The notes beneath the pieces are model-generated. The model saw nothing but the letters and a program-made list of their open reading frames with translations. It searched no databases and had not been told where the DNA came from. From positions 194,581-258,580 of the IMG/VR virus record IMGVR_UViG_3300005965_000002: DNA of 64,000 nt; one strand, given 5' to 3'. Positions 42,062 to 51,540 of this stretch are shown piece after piece (positions within the stretch are counted from its first letter, which is position 1; each line of letters starts with the position of its first letter). The position numbers were made by a program, and so were the translations under genes.

Positions 42062-45000
42062 ATGAGCGATAATTTTGGAACAAATCAGAATCGTGTATTA
42101 GACGTAGAGAATCGTAGCCTGGACAATGTTGTATTCCAGAATAGGATCCCAAGTCTTACGTCTGAACTCAACCTAATAAATCAGATATCAAACGATAAGA
42201 CTCAAAAGGTTCTGAAGTCTATATATCCTTCCGGTTGGTTGAAGGTAGATAGTATAGATCAGTTATCTGATAGCATTACTGAGAATAATGCTAGAAGTGG
42301 ACAGGTTCTATGCTCTTCCTCTTATGGATCTAATACCTTTAAATTAGTATCTACGGATATGTCGAATGTAGCGGTAGTTAATGGGTGGCCTATATTAATT
42401 CAAAAGACAATTCCTGAAAAACCATATGACCTAGTTAAAGATCTTATTTCCATAAAATTGCCCCCTAATTCTGGTTCATACAGGTATGATGTAGTTTTTC
42501 TAGAAGTATGGAGAAAACTTGTAGGAGAAAGTGATTTAATATACCCGTACGGAAATGTCCAGGCTCCCTCTTCCTTAGATAAACAGATAGTATGGGATAG
42601 TGTCGGGATTGAAACCACAAAGAGAGTGCAGCTACAGTATAGAATTAGAGATAAAATAGACAGTGCCTATACTAGCAATATTGATTTTAACCAGTACCCC
42701 GAAGGGTTAGGTTCACCTCAGATAAAAGCTATAGGGGGAAACCCAGACGGAACCTTTACTACTTACTCTTTTACTAATGCAGGAGTAAAAGATCCGGGAT
42801 TATATATAGCCGGGACAGGATCAGATGCTGACAAAATAGCTTTAAATACAGTAGACGGTTTTGTGTATGCTATTCCAATGTTTGTCGTCTACAGAAGAGC
42901 TAACTATGATTATAGCACAAATAAAATCCATGGTGCTAAAGTAACTAGTAATAATACTCGTTCCGACCGTCCTGATGGTAAAAAATTAGATTTAATATAT
43001 AGTTCAGATATTGTAGACCTGCGACATACGTCACTGTCTAGTAACGGTAACCTGGATAGCATTTTAAAGAGAAGTTTCAGAAAACTAATATCAGGAAATC
43101 TGAGAACAAAAATAGGAAAAGTATTTGGGAACTCTGGGTCTAGGTATACGGCTTCCGGGGGCTCCGAGATACTTAAAATAGAGCAACTGAACGGGAGCGG
43201 TAGTTTACCAAACATTGGAAGCGGAAGTGATTCTGGTGCAAATTCTGTAAAAAGAACACAATTTTCTTTTGCTTCGGGTTACTCAAAAAGAAACGTAGTT
43301 CAACTTGATATCTCTCCCGAAAGTACATGGCATACTAACGAAATAAATCTTAACACTTATTTTATCCAATCTTTCGGGACTATAACAGACGTGACTGGAA
43401 TTTTTTATGTAGATAGTTCAAGCAGTCCCGCGACTAGCGACGGTATCGATATCAGTTGGGATTATGCTGATCCTGATCCAAGCGATAAAGTCTATGTAAA
43501 ATATAAAGCAACTACTATCTATAAATTAGTTCAGAATAATTCATATTCTAATACAGACCAGATAATTGAAAAAGACGCTAACTCTATAACACTTGCTAGT
43601 GGAAGAAAATTAGATGTATCAGGAACTGTCTCTTATAAATCTAAAGATTTAGAGGGCAATACGGAGGCAATAACTAGTGTTGACTTATCTGTAAATGATT
43701 ATATAGAATACGAAGATGATCCCTATATAGAGTTTACAAACCAAGCACCTATAAGCGGTAAAAGCACTACAGATGTGAAAGTTTTTGTAGAGTTTGACTT
43801 TTACTATAACGAGAGCAATAACGGTTTTAAGGATTTGCCTAAAAAGATACTAGAGGTTAATAAAGATTATCGAGTGCCTATTCCTGTCAGAAATAGCGAT
43901 GTCTTGTTGAGGTATGATAATGACCTCAATCTATTAGAGTTTAATAACGGTTTAGCCTCCGATGGTACCTCCGAGAACGATTATGTTCATTATGCAGGTG
44001 GTAACGAAACTGAAAATTACAATTTTGGTGTGGACTTAGTAATCCACCGAACAATCGACGTTAGATCTGGAGGATTTTCTATAGAGTGCGAGAACGGAAA
44101 ATTAAACGGGTATCCGGTTTTAGGCGTAAAAACAGTACAGTATAAAGAACTCGGAACTTGGTCAGACCCTATTTCCTTTAGTCTACAAATGGAAAGAACT
44201 ACTTCTTCAATTTTTTATATAAAAAGTACAGGATTATCTGACGGTTCTTATGAGTTTAAAATAACACTCTCTGTAGGATCTAATGAATTTGGGTCGTTTA
44301 AGTTTTTCGAAACAAGTCATCAAGCAAGAGGTGTCGTAGATACGTATGAATTAATAGAGATTGATGCTTCGGCTGTTAGTAACGGATCGGCAGATTGGGT
44401 AGTTGAAAGCTTAGACAAGCCTTTCATAGCTTTTTCCTCAAAGACATTTAATTCTAACCCTGTAGAATCACAAGCATATGTATATGTTAGAAGATCTGAT
44501 CACTCAACTTATTATGCTGCTGAATCCTTCGAGCTGTACCACCCATCAGCAACTAGTGACCCTGCTAATAGCTTTTTACCGGTAGAACCCGATCAATATG
44601 GAGAAGATTATTTACCAAACAGATTAAAAATAAAACTGAGAAATCCTTTGGAAATTCTTGATGTAAAAGTAGTAGCACTCGTACGAAGCTACGTAGAGTC
44701 TGGAGAGGGCGCTTATAATTTCGTTTTGAATGTTTCTCCGTATCAGGGAAGGTTAGAGTTATCAACAGATAAGTTTTACGGAAAAATAGTAGCGCAAGGC
44801 CCAGCGCTAATAACCACATCAGGGTCTGGTAAAATTAGTAACTACACCTACTCTAAGGGTTCTGTAACAGTAATAAATAACTCAAGAACAGTTAATGGAA
44901 AAAATACTGATTGGGTCCAGGACTCAGGAGCTACTTTTAACGTTCTTTCAGGGGACTACATTTCGATCAATGGTTCCAATTACTATAGAATTGAAGAGGT

Positions 45001-45631
45001 TCAACCTACACACCTGACTTTATCAGAAAAGTTCTACTCACCCTCTGGGGCTCCTTCTGCAAATTCATCATATCAGATTGTAAGACTTGATGTCCCAAAA
45101 AGTTATTTAGCTAATGTAATCGATAGAATGCCAACCCTTAAGTTAGAAAATGATTACCAGGCTAAATCTACCCTTATGGATGTAGGAAATATTGAAACTG
45201 ATATATATGAAACAAATCCTCGTTTAGTAGGCCAATCACCTCTTGATGCCGCTACAAATGATTTTACGGTGGGTGATTCATCAAGTATAAGGTTGCGTGG
45301 CTTTTCTAATTTTAAGCTTACTTTGTCAAACTCCTCAGAATTTTTTGGTAAGAAAACTACTTCTATAGAATATGAAAAAATGAAAGCTATGATTGATGAT
45401 AGCTCTTTAGAGTGGAGTACCGAAGAAGGAGTAAAAAAGGTTTATCAATCCTATATCCTTAACGCTGCGGTTAGCAGTAATCCCTCAGATTTAAGTGGTA
45501 AATTATATATGGTTGTTATTGCTAACGAAACAGGATTAAAAAGCGGAGCAACTATCCTAAATGGAAATTCAGAAATAGATGTTGTCGATTTGTTCGAGTT
45601 AGAGGGAAGACCGATCATTAAAACTGTATAA
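42062..45631 (+). CDS. Baseplate/tail structural protein (DUF4815-like), paralog of 12088..16563
   Basis: Shared blocks VNGWPI, FLEVWRK, IYPxGN, VGxETxxRVQxQYRIR, DGFxxAxPMF, RPDG...DIVDLR. Confidence 0.75.
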   Translation: MSDNFGTNQNRVLDVENRSLDNVVFQNRIPSLTSELNLINQISNDKTQKVLKSIYPSGWLKVDSIDQLSDSITENNARSGQVLCSSSYGSNTFKLVSTDMSNVAVVNGWPILIQKTIPEKPYDLVKDLISIKLPPNSGSYRYDVVFLEVWRKLVGESDLIYPYGNVQAPSSLDKQIVWDSVGIETTKRVQLQYRIRDKIDSAYTSNIDFNQYPEGLGSPQIKAIGGNPDGTFTTYSFTNAGVKDPGLYIAGTGSDADKIALNTVDGFVYAIPMFVVYRRANYDYSTNKIHGAKVTSNNTRSDRPDGKKLDLIYSSDIVDLRHTSLSSNGNLDSILKRSFRKLISGNLRTKIGKVFGNSGSRYTASGGSEILKIEQLNGSGSLPNIGSGSDSGANSVKRTQFSFASGYSKRNVVQLDISPESTWHTNEINLNTYFIQSFGTITDVTGIFYVDSSSSPATSDGIDISWDYADPDPSDKVYVKYKATTIYKLVQNNSYSNTDQIIEKDANSITLASGRKLDVSGTVSYKSKDLEGNTEAITSVDLSVNDYIEYEDDPYIEFTNQAPISGKSTTDVKVFVEFDFYYNESNNGFKDLPKKILEVNKDYRVPIPVRNSDVLLRYDNDLNLLEFNNGLASDGTSENDYVHYAGGNETENYNFGVDLVIHRTIDVRSGGFSIECENGKLNGYPVLGVKTVQYKELGTWSDPISFSLQMERTTSSIFYIKSTGLSDGSYEFKITLSVGSNEFGSFKFFETSHQARGVVDTYELIEIDASAVSNGSADWVVESLDKPFIAFSSKTFNSNPVESQAYVYVRRSDHSTYYAAESFELYHPSATSDPANSFLPVEPDQYGEDYLPNRLKIKLRNPLEILDVKVVALVRSYVESGEGAYNFVLNVSPYQGRLELSTDKFYGKIVAQGPALITTSGSGKISNYTYSKGSVTVINNSRTVNGKNTDWVQDSGATFNVLSGDYISINGSNYYRIEEVQPTHLTLSEKFYSPSGAPSANSSYQIVRLDVPKSYLANVIDRMPTLKLENDYQAKSTLMDVGNIETDIYETNPRLVGQSPLDAATNDFTVGDSSSIRLRGFSNFKLTLSNSSEFFGKKTTSIEYEKMKAMIDDSSLEWSTEEGVKKVYQSYILNAAVSSNPSDLSGKLYMVVIANETGLKSGATILNGNSEIDVVDLFELEGRPIIKTV

Positions 45632-45642
45632 TGGGATAGAAA

Positions 45643-46800
45643 ATGAGTACTATAGAGGAAAGACTATATAAGGCAGTAATGGCCGCAGATGCAAAAGATG
45701 TTTTAGATGCTCAGCCCGCTAATAATCCGACAGTACTAAGGTACTATTATTATGAGACGTCTATAGCCGCAAATGATATTAATCAAATAGATTATGATAG
45801 AGTATTTGAGGTTGTGTCAAAAGCCAATGATCCATCAGCTATTAAGAATGTTATATCTCGTTTAGAAAAAAGCTTAACTGGTGGTGATAAAGGTGATAAT
45901 TTTGGTTGGACTAATTTGGTAGTTAAGGCTGATAACTATAATGGAAGAACGGTTGTATACAGATGCGGCTTGCGTAGAGATGGGCAGCAAGTTATTAACG
46001 CAAATAGAAAAGCGATTTCTGAAGATGGCGCTAATATAAATCTGGATGATTTCGAGAATAAATTTAACTTATTTGTAAGTCAGTTTGGCGGCAAATATGT
46101 GAATGTGCAGTTTGGTCCAAATGATTATTTTGTAGAAGGTGAGCCGGAAGAAGAACATTTAAAAATGTTATTGAAAGCCGACATTAACTATAATAGGAAG
46201 AATAAGCCTGGCCAAAGCGGGGTGCAAAAGACATCGCAAGAGTTTATGAGAGATTTATCAAATCTTAGATTATTTTTGATACCGCAGAACCAGCTTGCGT
46301 CTCCTGATTATCAATTAGCACAGACAGATGAGTTTGCTGGTATACCAGGGCAGTTAGAAAAATTAAAACAGATAGCAGATAAGAGATTAAAGGAACTAGG
46401 CTCAGAGCAACCGGAAGAAGAATCCCTGGGAGAAAAGATGAAAACGGATAAACCGAATAAACCTAAAGAACCAATGACTACTGAAAAATCGAAAGATAAA
46501 TATGTACAAGCCTCTGTTGACGACTACACCCATGAGTATACTGGCGGGTTTGATATTATGCAGAGGTTAGTGAGAGACCAGCATAAAAAAATGAAAGTCC
46601 GTAAAGAAGCTCAGGATACCTCCAAGCAAATGCACCAGAAGGCTAAGAAGTACGAAGAAATTGCTAAGGTATTAAAGGACACTTCCCAGAAATTACAGCA
46701 AGTAGAAAAAACGGTTGAACAAACTGAGTCCGCATATTCCCCTAATAAGTATGCCTCAATGACACAGCGCGTTTTAAAAAAGTATATGCAGGAATTGTAA
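45643..46800 (+). CDS. Hypothetical protein, possibly an internal virion protein
   Basis: 385 aa with charged helical C-terminus; last gene of the structural block. Confidence 0.6.
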   Translation: MSTIEERLYKAVMAADAKDVLDAQPANNPTVLRYYYYETSIAANDINQIDYDRVFEVVSKANDPSAIKNVISRLEKSLTGGDKGDNFGWTNLVVKADNYNGRTVVYRCGLRRDGQQVINANRKAISEDGANINLDDFENKFNLFVSQFGGKYVNVQFGPNDYFVEGEPEEEHLKMLLKADINYNRKNKPGQSGVQKTSQEFMRDLSNLRLFLIPQNQLASPDYQLAQTDEFAGIPGQLEKLKQIADKRLKELGSEQPEEESLGEKMKTDKPNKPKEPMTTEKSKDKYVQASVDDYTHEYTGGFDIMQRLVRDQHKKMKVRKEAQDTSKQMHQKAKKYEEIAKVLKDTSQKLQQVEKTVEQTESAYSPNKYASMTQRVLKKYMQEL

Positions 46801-46810
46801 AAAAGTAAAC

Positions 46811-46839
46811 AGGTTTAATCAGATAAACCTAATGTTTTT
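46811..46839 (+). terminator. Possible weak terminator hairpin
   Basis: AGGTTTA-6 nt-TAAACCT followed by AATGTTTTT, directly after the structural block. Confidence 0.3.
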
Positions 46840-46896
46840 AAAAAAGTTAATGAGTCCCCGTTTTTGGATTTTTTCTAAAAAAATAGTTTTTGATGC

Positions 46897-46925
46897 TTTA
46901 AGTTCGTATTGCTGATCAGTATATT
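46897..46925 (+). promoter_or_regulatory. Sigma70-like promoter TTTAAG-17-TATATT for the replication operon
   Basis: 17-bp spacing; near-identical architecture at 58656-58684. Confidence 0.45.
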
Positions 46926-46970
46926 AATACGAGCACAAATAGTTTATAGATTAAGAGGACCACAGATTAA

Positions 46971-48734
46971 ATGGCGAGCTTTGCAAAAAGACCTTCCAAT
47001 CTTGATACCATCCTAGCCATCCGATCTAAAAAGGATCTCAAACTCAAACCTAATAAGTATCTAAAAGATACTACTGAGTTGAGATACTACCAAATAGTCG
47101 GGTGCCTTCATTTTCTCCTACTCTCCAGATTTATTCTTGGCGATAGCGCCGGTTTAGGTAAAACCCTGCAATCTATATCGGGGTATGTCTTCTCTCTTAT
47201 AAGACACCCAGGCCTAAAACTTCTAATCGTTACTCAAAAATCTGCTCGTTATCAATGGAAAGAGGAATTTGATAAATTCACTCAGGGCATCACGTCTCAT
47301 GTAGTACAAAACACATGGGGCAAGGTAGTAGGTGATGATATTTTTGGGGAGCCGAAAGAGCTAAGAAAAAAAGGCTACAAGGTAGAAACATTAACCGGAC
47401 TTGATGCCCGAATAGCCCAGTATCAAACCATCGATACTGATGTGCTTATCGTTAACTGGTACGCTGTTCAGAATGAGGCAAAAATACTCTGTGAGAACAG
47501 ACTGCCCGATTATATGGTAATTTTCGATGAAATTCAGGAAATAAAAAACAACGAAACAGTAGCTTATTTAGGCGCTCAGTATCTGGTAAAGCACTCTGTT
47601 AAGGCGGCAGGTCTCAGTGCTACTATCATTAAGAATAGGCTCGAAGAAGCATATAATATATTTGAAGCTATTATCCCCGGTATCTTTGGTGGTAAACAGA
47701 AGTTCCTAAAGCATTACACGAATCAGAAAAAAATAAAGATGAGGCGTGGGGGCCGTACCCGCTTTATTAATAAGATAGCATCTTACAAAAATTTGGGTGA
47801 TTTCAAGGAAGTAATACGCCCCTATTTCTTGATCCGCAGAACCTCGGAGGTAGCCTCAGAGCTGCCTAGTTTAATATCCAAGCGGGTACTCCTGGATATG
47901 GACGAAGACCAGTTTTCTCTGTATAAGGAAGCTTTGGCTGGTGATGTATATCGTCGGATAGTAAAAAAGCGATACTTCGAGTTTAAAGAGCTGGTTGAAT
48001 CCAAAGAACAGCCTACTGATAAAGAATTAGAGAAGCTTGAAAAATTAGAGACTCAGTATGATGAGTCTACTATGGAAGATTGCATGTGGAAGAATAAAGC
48101 GGCTTCTCTCACATATTGCCAGATGATATCCAACGGCCCCCAGTGGCTGGATGAAGATGAAAAGGGCTCCAGTGTAAAAGAAGAAGAGTTTAAGCGTATA
48201 TTTGAACAAGAGTTGTGCGCAGAGAAAGTGATCGTTTTCACTCGTTTCGAGTCTGGAGTAAAAAGGCTGGAAAAGATTTTAGAAAATCTTGGGTTAAAGT
48301 CGGTTAAAGTGACCGGGACTATGAACCAGAAGAAAAGGGACGCGGCTCGTCATGCTTTTCAAAACGATGATGATGTAACAGCTATCATCATTACTTCTGC
48401 AGGTTCTGCTGCAATCAATTTGCAAAAAGCCAATGTTTTATTGTTTTATGACACTCCATGGAGTTATGGAGATCTGTATCAAACTATAGGTAGAGCTCAG
48501 CGTATTGGTAGTATGCATGAGCATGTTTATGTGCTTCATTTTGTTGCTAAGGGTACCATCGATGAGCATGTTTTGAATGTGTTAAAAGATAAGAAAAAGC
48601 TTATTAATGAAGTAATGGGAGATATAGCCGAAGGCTCTCTGGAATTTGATAAAAATAAGGAATTGTTCGTTGAGGAGGAAAGTGATATCGATGCCCTCTT
48701 TGACGCTGTTTTTGACTACCAAGAGGAAAAATGA
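46971..48734 (+). CDS. SNF2-family (SF2) helicase/ATPase
   Basis: GDSAGLGKT, IFDEIQ, LSAT, KVIVFTRF, INLQKAN, QTIGRAQRIG. Confidence 0.92.
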   Translation: MASFAKRPSNLDTILAIRSKKDLKLKPNKYLKDTTELRYYQIVGCLHFLLLSRFILGDSAGLGKTLQSISGYVFSLIRHPGLKLLIVTQKSARYQWKEEFDKFTQGITSHVVQNTWGKVVGDDIFGEPKELRKKGYKVETLTGLDARIAQYQTIDTDVLIVNWYAVQNEAKILCENRLPDYMVIFDEIQEIKNNETVAYLGAQYLVKHSVKAAGLSATIIKNRLEEAYNIFEAIIPGIFGGKQKFLKHYTNQKKIKMRRGGRTRFINKIASYKNLGDFKEVIRPYFLIRRTSEVASELPSLISKRVLLDMDEDQFSLYKEALAGDVYRRIVKKRYFEFKELVESKEQPTDKELEKLEKLETQYDESTMEDCMWKNKAASLTYCQMISNGPQWLDEDEKGSSVKEEEFKRIFEQELCAEKVIVFTRFESGVKRLEKILENLGLKSVKVTGTMNQKKRDAARHAFQNDDDVTAIIITSAGSAAINLQKANVLLFYDTPWSYGDLYQTIGRAQRIGSMHEHVYVLHFVAKGTIDEHVLNVLKDKKKLINEVMGDIAEGSLEFDKNKELFVEEESDIDALFDAVFDYQEEK

Positions 48735-49420
48735 GCTGTCCTTACTGTAATGATGCAGGGTTTATAAATAAGATAAGAAAAACGAGAGATAGGCATGGAA
48801 ATGAAATGGAGAAGAACGCTTCTCTACCCTGTCTGTGCAGAATAAACCCCTCGATCAGTAAAAAATATAAGGTGCTCTCCGGCACCCCCGATGCTGTTCC
48901 TGCTGATATTAAAGAAGCAGTAAAAACTCTCGGGTTCAGGCACCTGTTGGTGGTAGGACCAGAGCAGCTCTTCCTATATGCTGTAAGGGCTTTCATTGCT
49001 TGCCCTCTATATTTTTCCTGGCGCTCTTTTATCATACTCAACGGCTATGAGATGATAAAAGATTTCCATAGTGCAGGAGCTCAAGAGGGGCGCAGCCTAA
49101 ATGATTTATTAGAATACGATCTTTTAGTACTTACATGTTTTGCTACTGCAAGTATGGCTCCTATGAAGGAAGCTGTGTATCAAGTCATAAGAGATAGGAT
49201 TGTACGAAATAAGCCGGTATGGATCTTTGCAGCTTCCGTACGAGATTTTGAGCTCAGCCAAGAATTTTCTAAGGATCTATTCGATGTAATGAAAAGAGCT
49301 CAATTCAAATCATTTAGTGTAGATAAGTTCAAATTTCAGCAGACAGTTTCAAGAACTGCCTACCACCAAGCATTGATCGCTCAAAAAAGGGAAGCTCAGG
49401 AAGACGCTGGGAGCTATTAA
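48731..49420 (+). CDS. DnaC/DnaI-like helicase-loader homolog with N-terminal Zn finger and degenerate ATPase motifs
   Basis: CPYC...PCLC; LLVVGP without GKT; YDLLVL without DD; VIRDRIVRNKPVWI; lies just upstream of DnaB. Confidence 0.55.
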   Translation: MSCPYCNDAGFINKIRKTRDRHGNEMEKNASLPCLCRINPSISKKYKVLSGTPDAVPADIKEAVKTLGFRHLLVVGPEQLFLYAVRAFIACPLYFSWRSFIILNGYEMIKDFHSAGAQEGRSLNDLLEYDLLVLTCFATASMAPMKEAVYQVIRDRIVRNKPVWIFAASVRDFELSQEFSKDLFDVMKRAQFKSFSVDKFKFQQTVSRTAYHQALIAQKREAQEDAGSY

Positions 49421-49463
49421 AATATTAGTATTTAGCTTCATTTTTCAGATTAACTGTTAAAAT

Positions 49464-50999
49464 ATGATTACATTAGATACCATTTTCAGATCTGTTCTGA
49501 ATTTCAAAACTGCTGACGGAAAACCTACCCTATCCCAAGAGGATTTGGTTAAGAATTTCCGGTCGCTGCAGAAGATTATTCCTAGTACGCCAGAGGATCC
49601 AGCGTATAAGAGGCTCTACACTTTTTTATATGATTTTCTGAAGAAGTGTGAAGGAGAGTTTTTAGAGCTTCCTTCTTATCAGTATACGAAAAAGTACTTT
49701 GAGGATAGGGAAGGAAACGAAGCAGTACTCGCTGTATTAGAGCGGATAAAAAATGAGAGGCCCTGTGAGGGCGAAGAATTCAGAAGTATACTGCGTGAGT
49801 ATAAAGAGGACCAGGCGCTTGAGGAGTTAGAGTACGTTTTAAATAATGTTAATAAAATAGCTAGAGTAGGCCTTGAGGTAGGGGTTGGAAGAAATAAAAA
49901 GAAGATAGAAGGTTTAGAAGCAGCTATAGGATACTTTGCAGAAAAATCCCGTAAGCTTCGGCAAAACCGTACGAACATTGTCACCCAATCCCAGATTATA
50001 TCCAAGAAGAGTGCAGAGAGCGTTAAGAAAAAATACCAGCAAGTAAAAACAGAACCCGAAGATGTAATGGGTATCCCAACCGGTATCGATGCTATAGATA
50101 AAAACTGTAACGGTTTGGGAAGATCTCAGTTAATGCTCGTAGGTGCTTTTACCGCTCACGGTAAGACAACGTTTTCCATGAATATGGCATATCAAGCCAT
50201 CATCTCTGGGTGGAATACCTGTTATGTTTCTCTGGAAATGTCTCACGACGAGATACGTGATAAATTTTACACACTCCATACGTGTCACCCTAAATTCCGC
50301 ACATTGTATCCTCATCTTAGCCACGTAGTAGGAAAAATCAACGTCAACGACGTAACGTATGGGTTGCTCAGAGATGAAGAAGAAGAGCTCTTTTACATAG
50401 CCTCTGAGGACTTCGGTAGCATAGAGAGCAATGGGTATGGGATGTGTGATCTGTGGCAACCGGAGAAAACGCTTACCACGTTGGGAGATATAGAATTTCA
50501 TCTTCTTGACGTGCAGCAGCAATTTAAGGCAGGTGATCGTGATCTAGAATTTTGCGTCATTGACTATATCACTCTTTTAGGCATTGATAAGGACATGAAG
50601 AGTCATGACCATAAGCAGGATATGAACAATATAATTAAAAGCTTGAAGCGGACCTGCTTGACCTTCAACCATGGCGCTGGTATAAGAATGGTTTCCCCTT
50701 TCCAGATCAGCCGTAGAGCTTTTCTTGAAGCTAAAAAGAACGAGGGCCGCTATGACGCTACTGCTTTAGGTGACTATAACGAAGCTGAAAGATCGGCTGA
50801 TATAGTAGTATCCCTGTATGTAGATGAAGAAATGAGGGAAAGCGGACAGACCCGTATACAGAATCTTAAGAGTAGAAGAGATAAGCATTTCCCTACATGC
50901 ATAGCCAATGTTAATCAGGCTAATGGCTGTATTACAGATAGGATAGAGTTAACGGATGAAGATCCTGTAGAAATCATCGGACAGGTATATGGGCTATAA
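49464..50999 (+). CDS. dnaB: Replicative DnaB-like helicase
   Basis: GIPTGIDAID, VGAFTAHGKTT, YVSLEMS, VIDYITLL, ERSADIV, KSR. Confidence 0.9.
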   Translation: MITLDTIFRSVLNFKTADGKPTLSQEDLVKNFRSLQKIIPSTPEDPAYKRLYTFLYDFLKKCEGEFLELPSYQYTKKYFEDREGNEAVLAVLERIKNERPCEGEEFRSILREYKEDQALEELEYVLNNVNKIARVGLEVGVGRNKKKIEGLEAAIGYFAEKSRKLRQNRTNIVTQSQIISKKSAESVKKKYQQVKTEPEDVMGIPTGIDAIDKNCNGLGRSQLMLVGAFTAHGKTTFSMNMAYQAIISGWNTCYVSLEMSHDEIRDKFYTLHTCHPKFRTLYPHLSHVVGKINVNDVTYGLLRDEEEELFYIASEDFGSIESNGYGMCDLWQPEKTLTTLGDIEFHLLDVQQQFKAGDRDLEFCVIDYITLLGIDKDMKSHDHKQDMNNIIKSLKRTCLTFNHGAGIRMVSPFQISRRAFLEAKKNEGRYDATALGDYNEAERSADIVVSLYVDEEMRESGQTRIQNLKSRRDKHFPTCIANVNQANGCITDRIELTDEDPVEIIGQVYGL

Positions 51000-51540
51000 G
51001 GATTTAAAGGCCGTAAAGGAGGAAATTAAAAAGCATGTTTCCCTAAAAGACATACTTATAGAGTCAGGGAAAATAAATGGTATATTACCCGAAGAGCAGT
51101 TCTCTTGTACATTCCATGGAGCAGATTTTAAAAAGAGTGCTAGATATTACGAAGAATCAGATACATGCCATTGTTTCACATGTCATAAGAGTTGGGACCT
51201 ATACTCTTATTTACAGCAGCGGGATACATTAACGTTTAAGCAGACGCTTAATTACCTATTAAAAACATACCGTATTGATATATCTAAGCTCCCCGATGCA
51301 ATCTCTACTAATACAAACCTACGTAAGCAAAATAAACAGGGTTATGACAATAAGAAATTATTCCTTTTTAAAGTAAAGGATATGATTTCTAGTTTTGAAA
51401 ACAAAATACCGGCTGAAAAATATATCCGGTTAGTTTACGCCTATATGGTTATCAAGTATTCATTCAAAGAAGAGAATGAATTTTTAGAGAACGCTCTAAA
51501 ATTAAAAAGAGCGGTGGAGAAGATCAGTAAGGAGATTTAG
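50989..51540 (+). CDS. Stand-alone CHC2 (DnaG-type) zinc-finger protein without TOPRIM
   Basis: CTFH...CHCFTC...FKQTLNYL; only 183 aa. Confidence 0.75.
   Translation: MGYKDLKAVKEEIKKHVSLKDILIESGKINGILPEEQFSCTFHGADFKKSARYYEESDTCHCFTCHKSWDLYSYLQQRDTLTFKQTLNYLLKTYRIDISKLPDAISTNTNLRKQNKQGYDNKKLFLFKVKDMISSFENKIPAEKYIRLVYAYMVIKYSFKEENEFLENALKLKRAVEKISKEI

Noticed and set aside
7941-45631. Bacterial extracellular contractile injection system or tailocin
   Set aside because: Contiguous with a phage-type replication module, and no cellular housekeeping context; a phage is the simpler reading.
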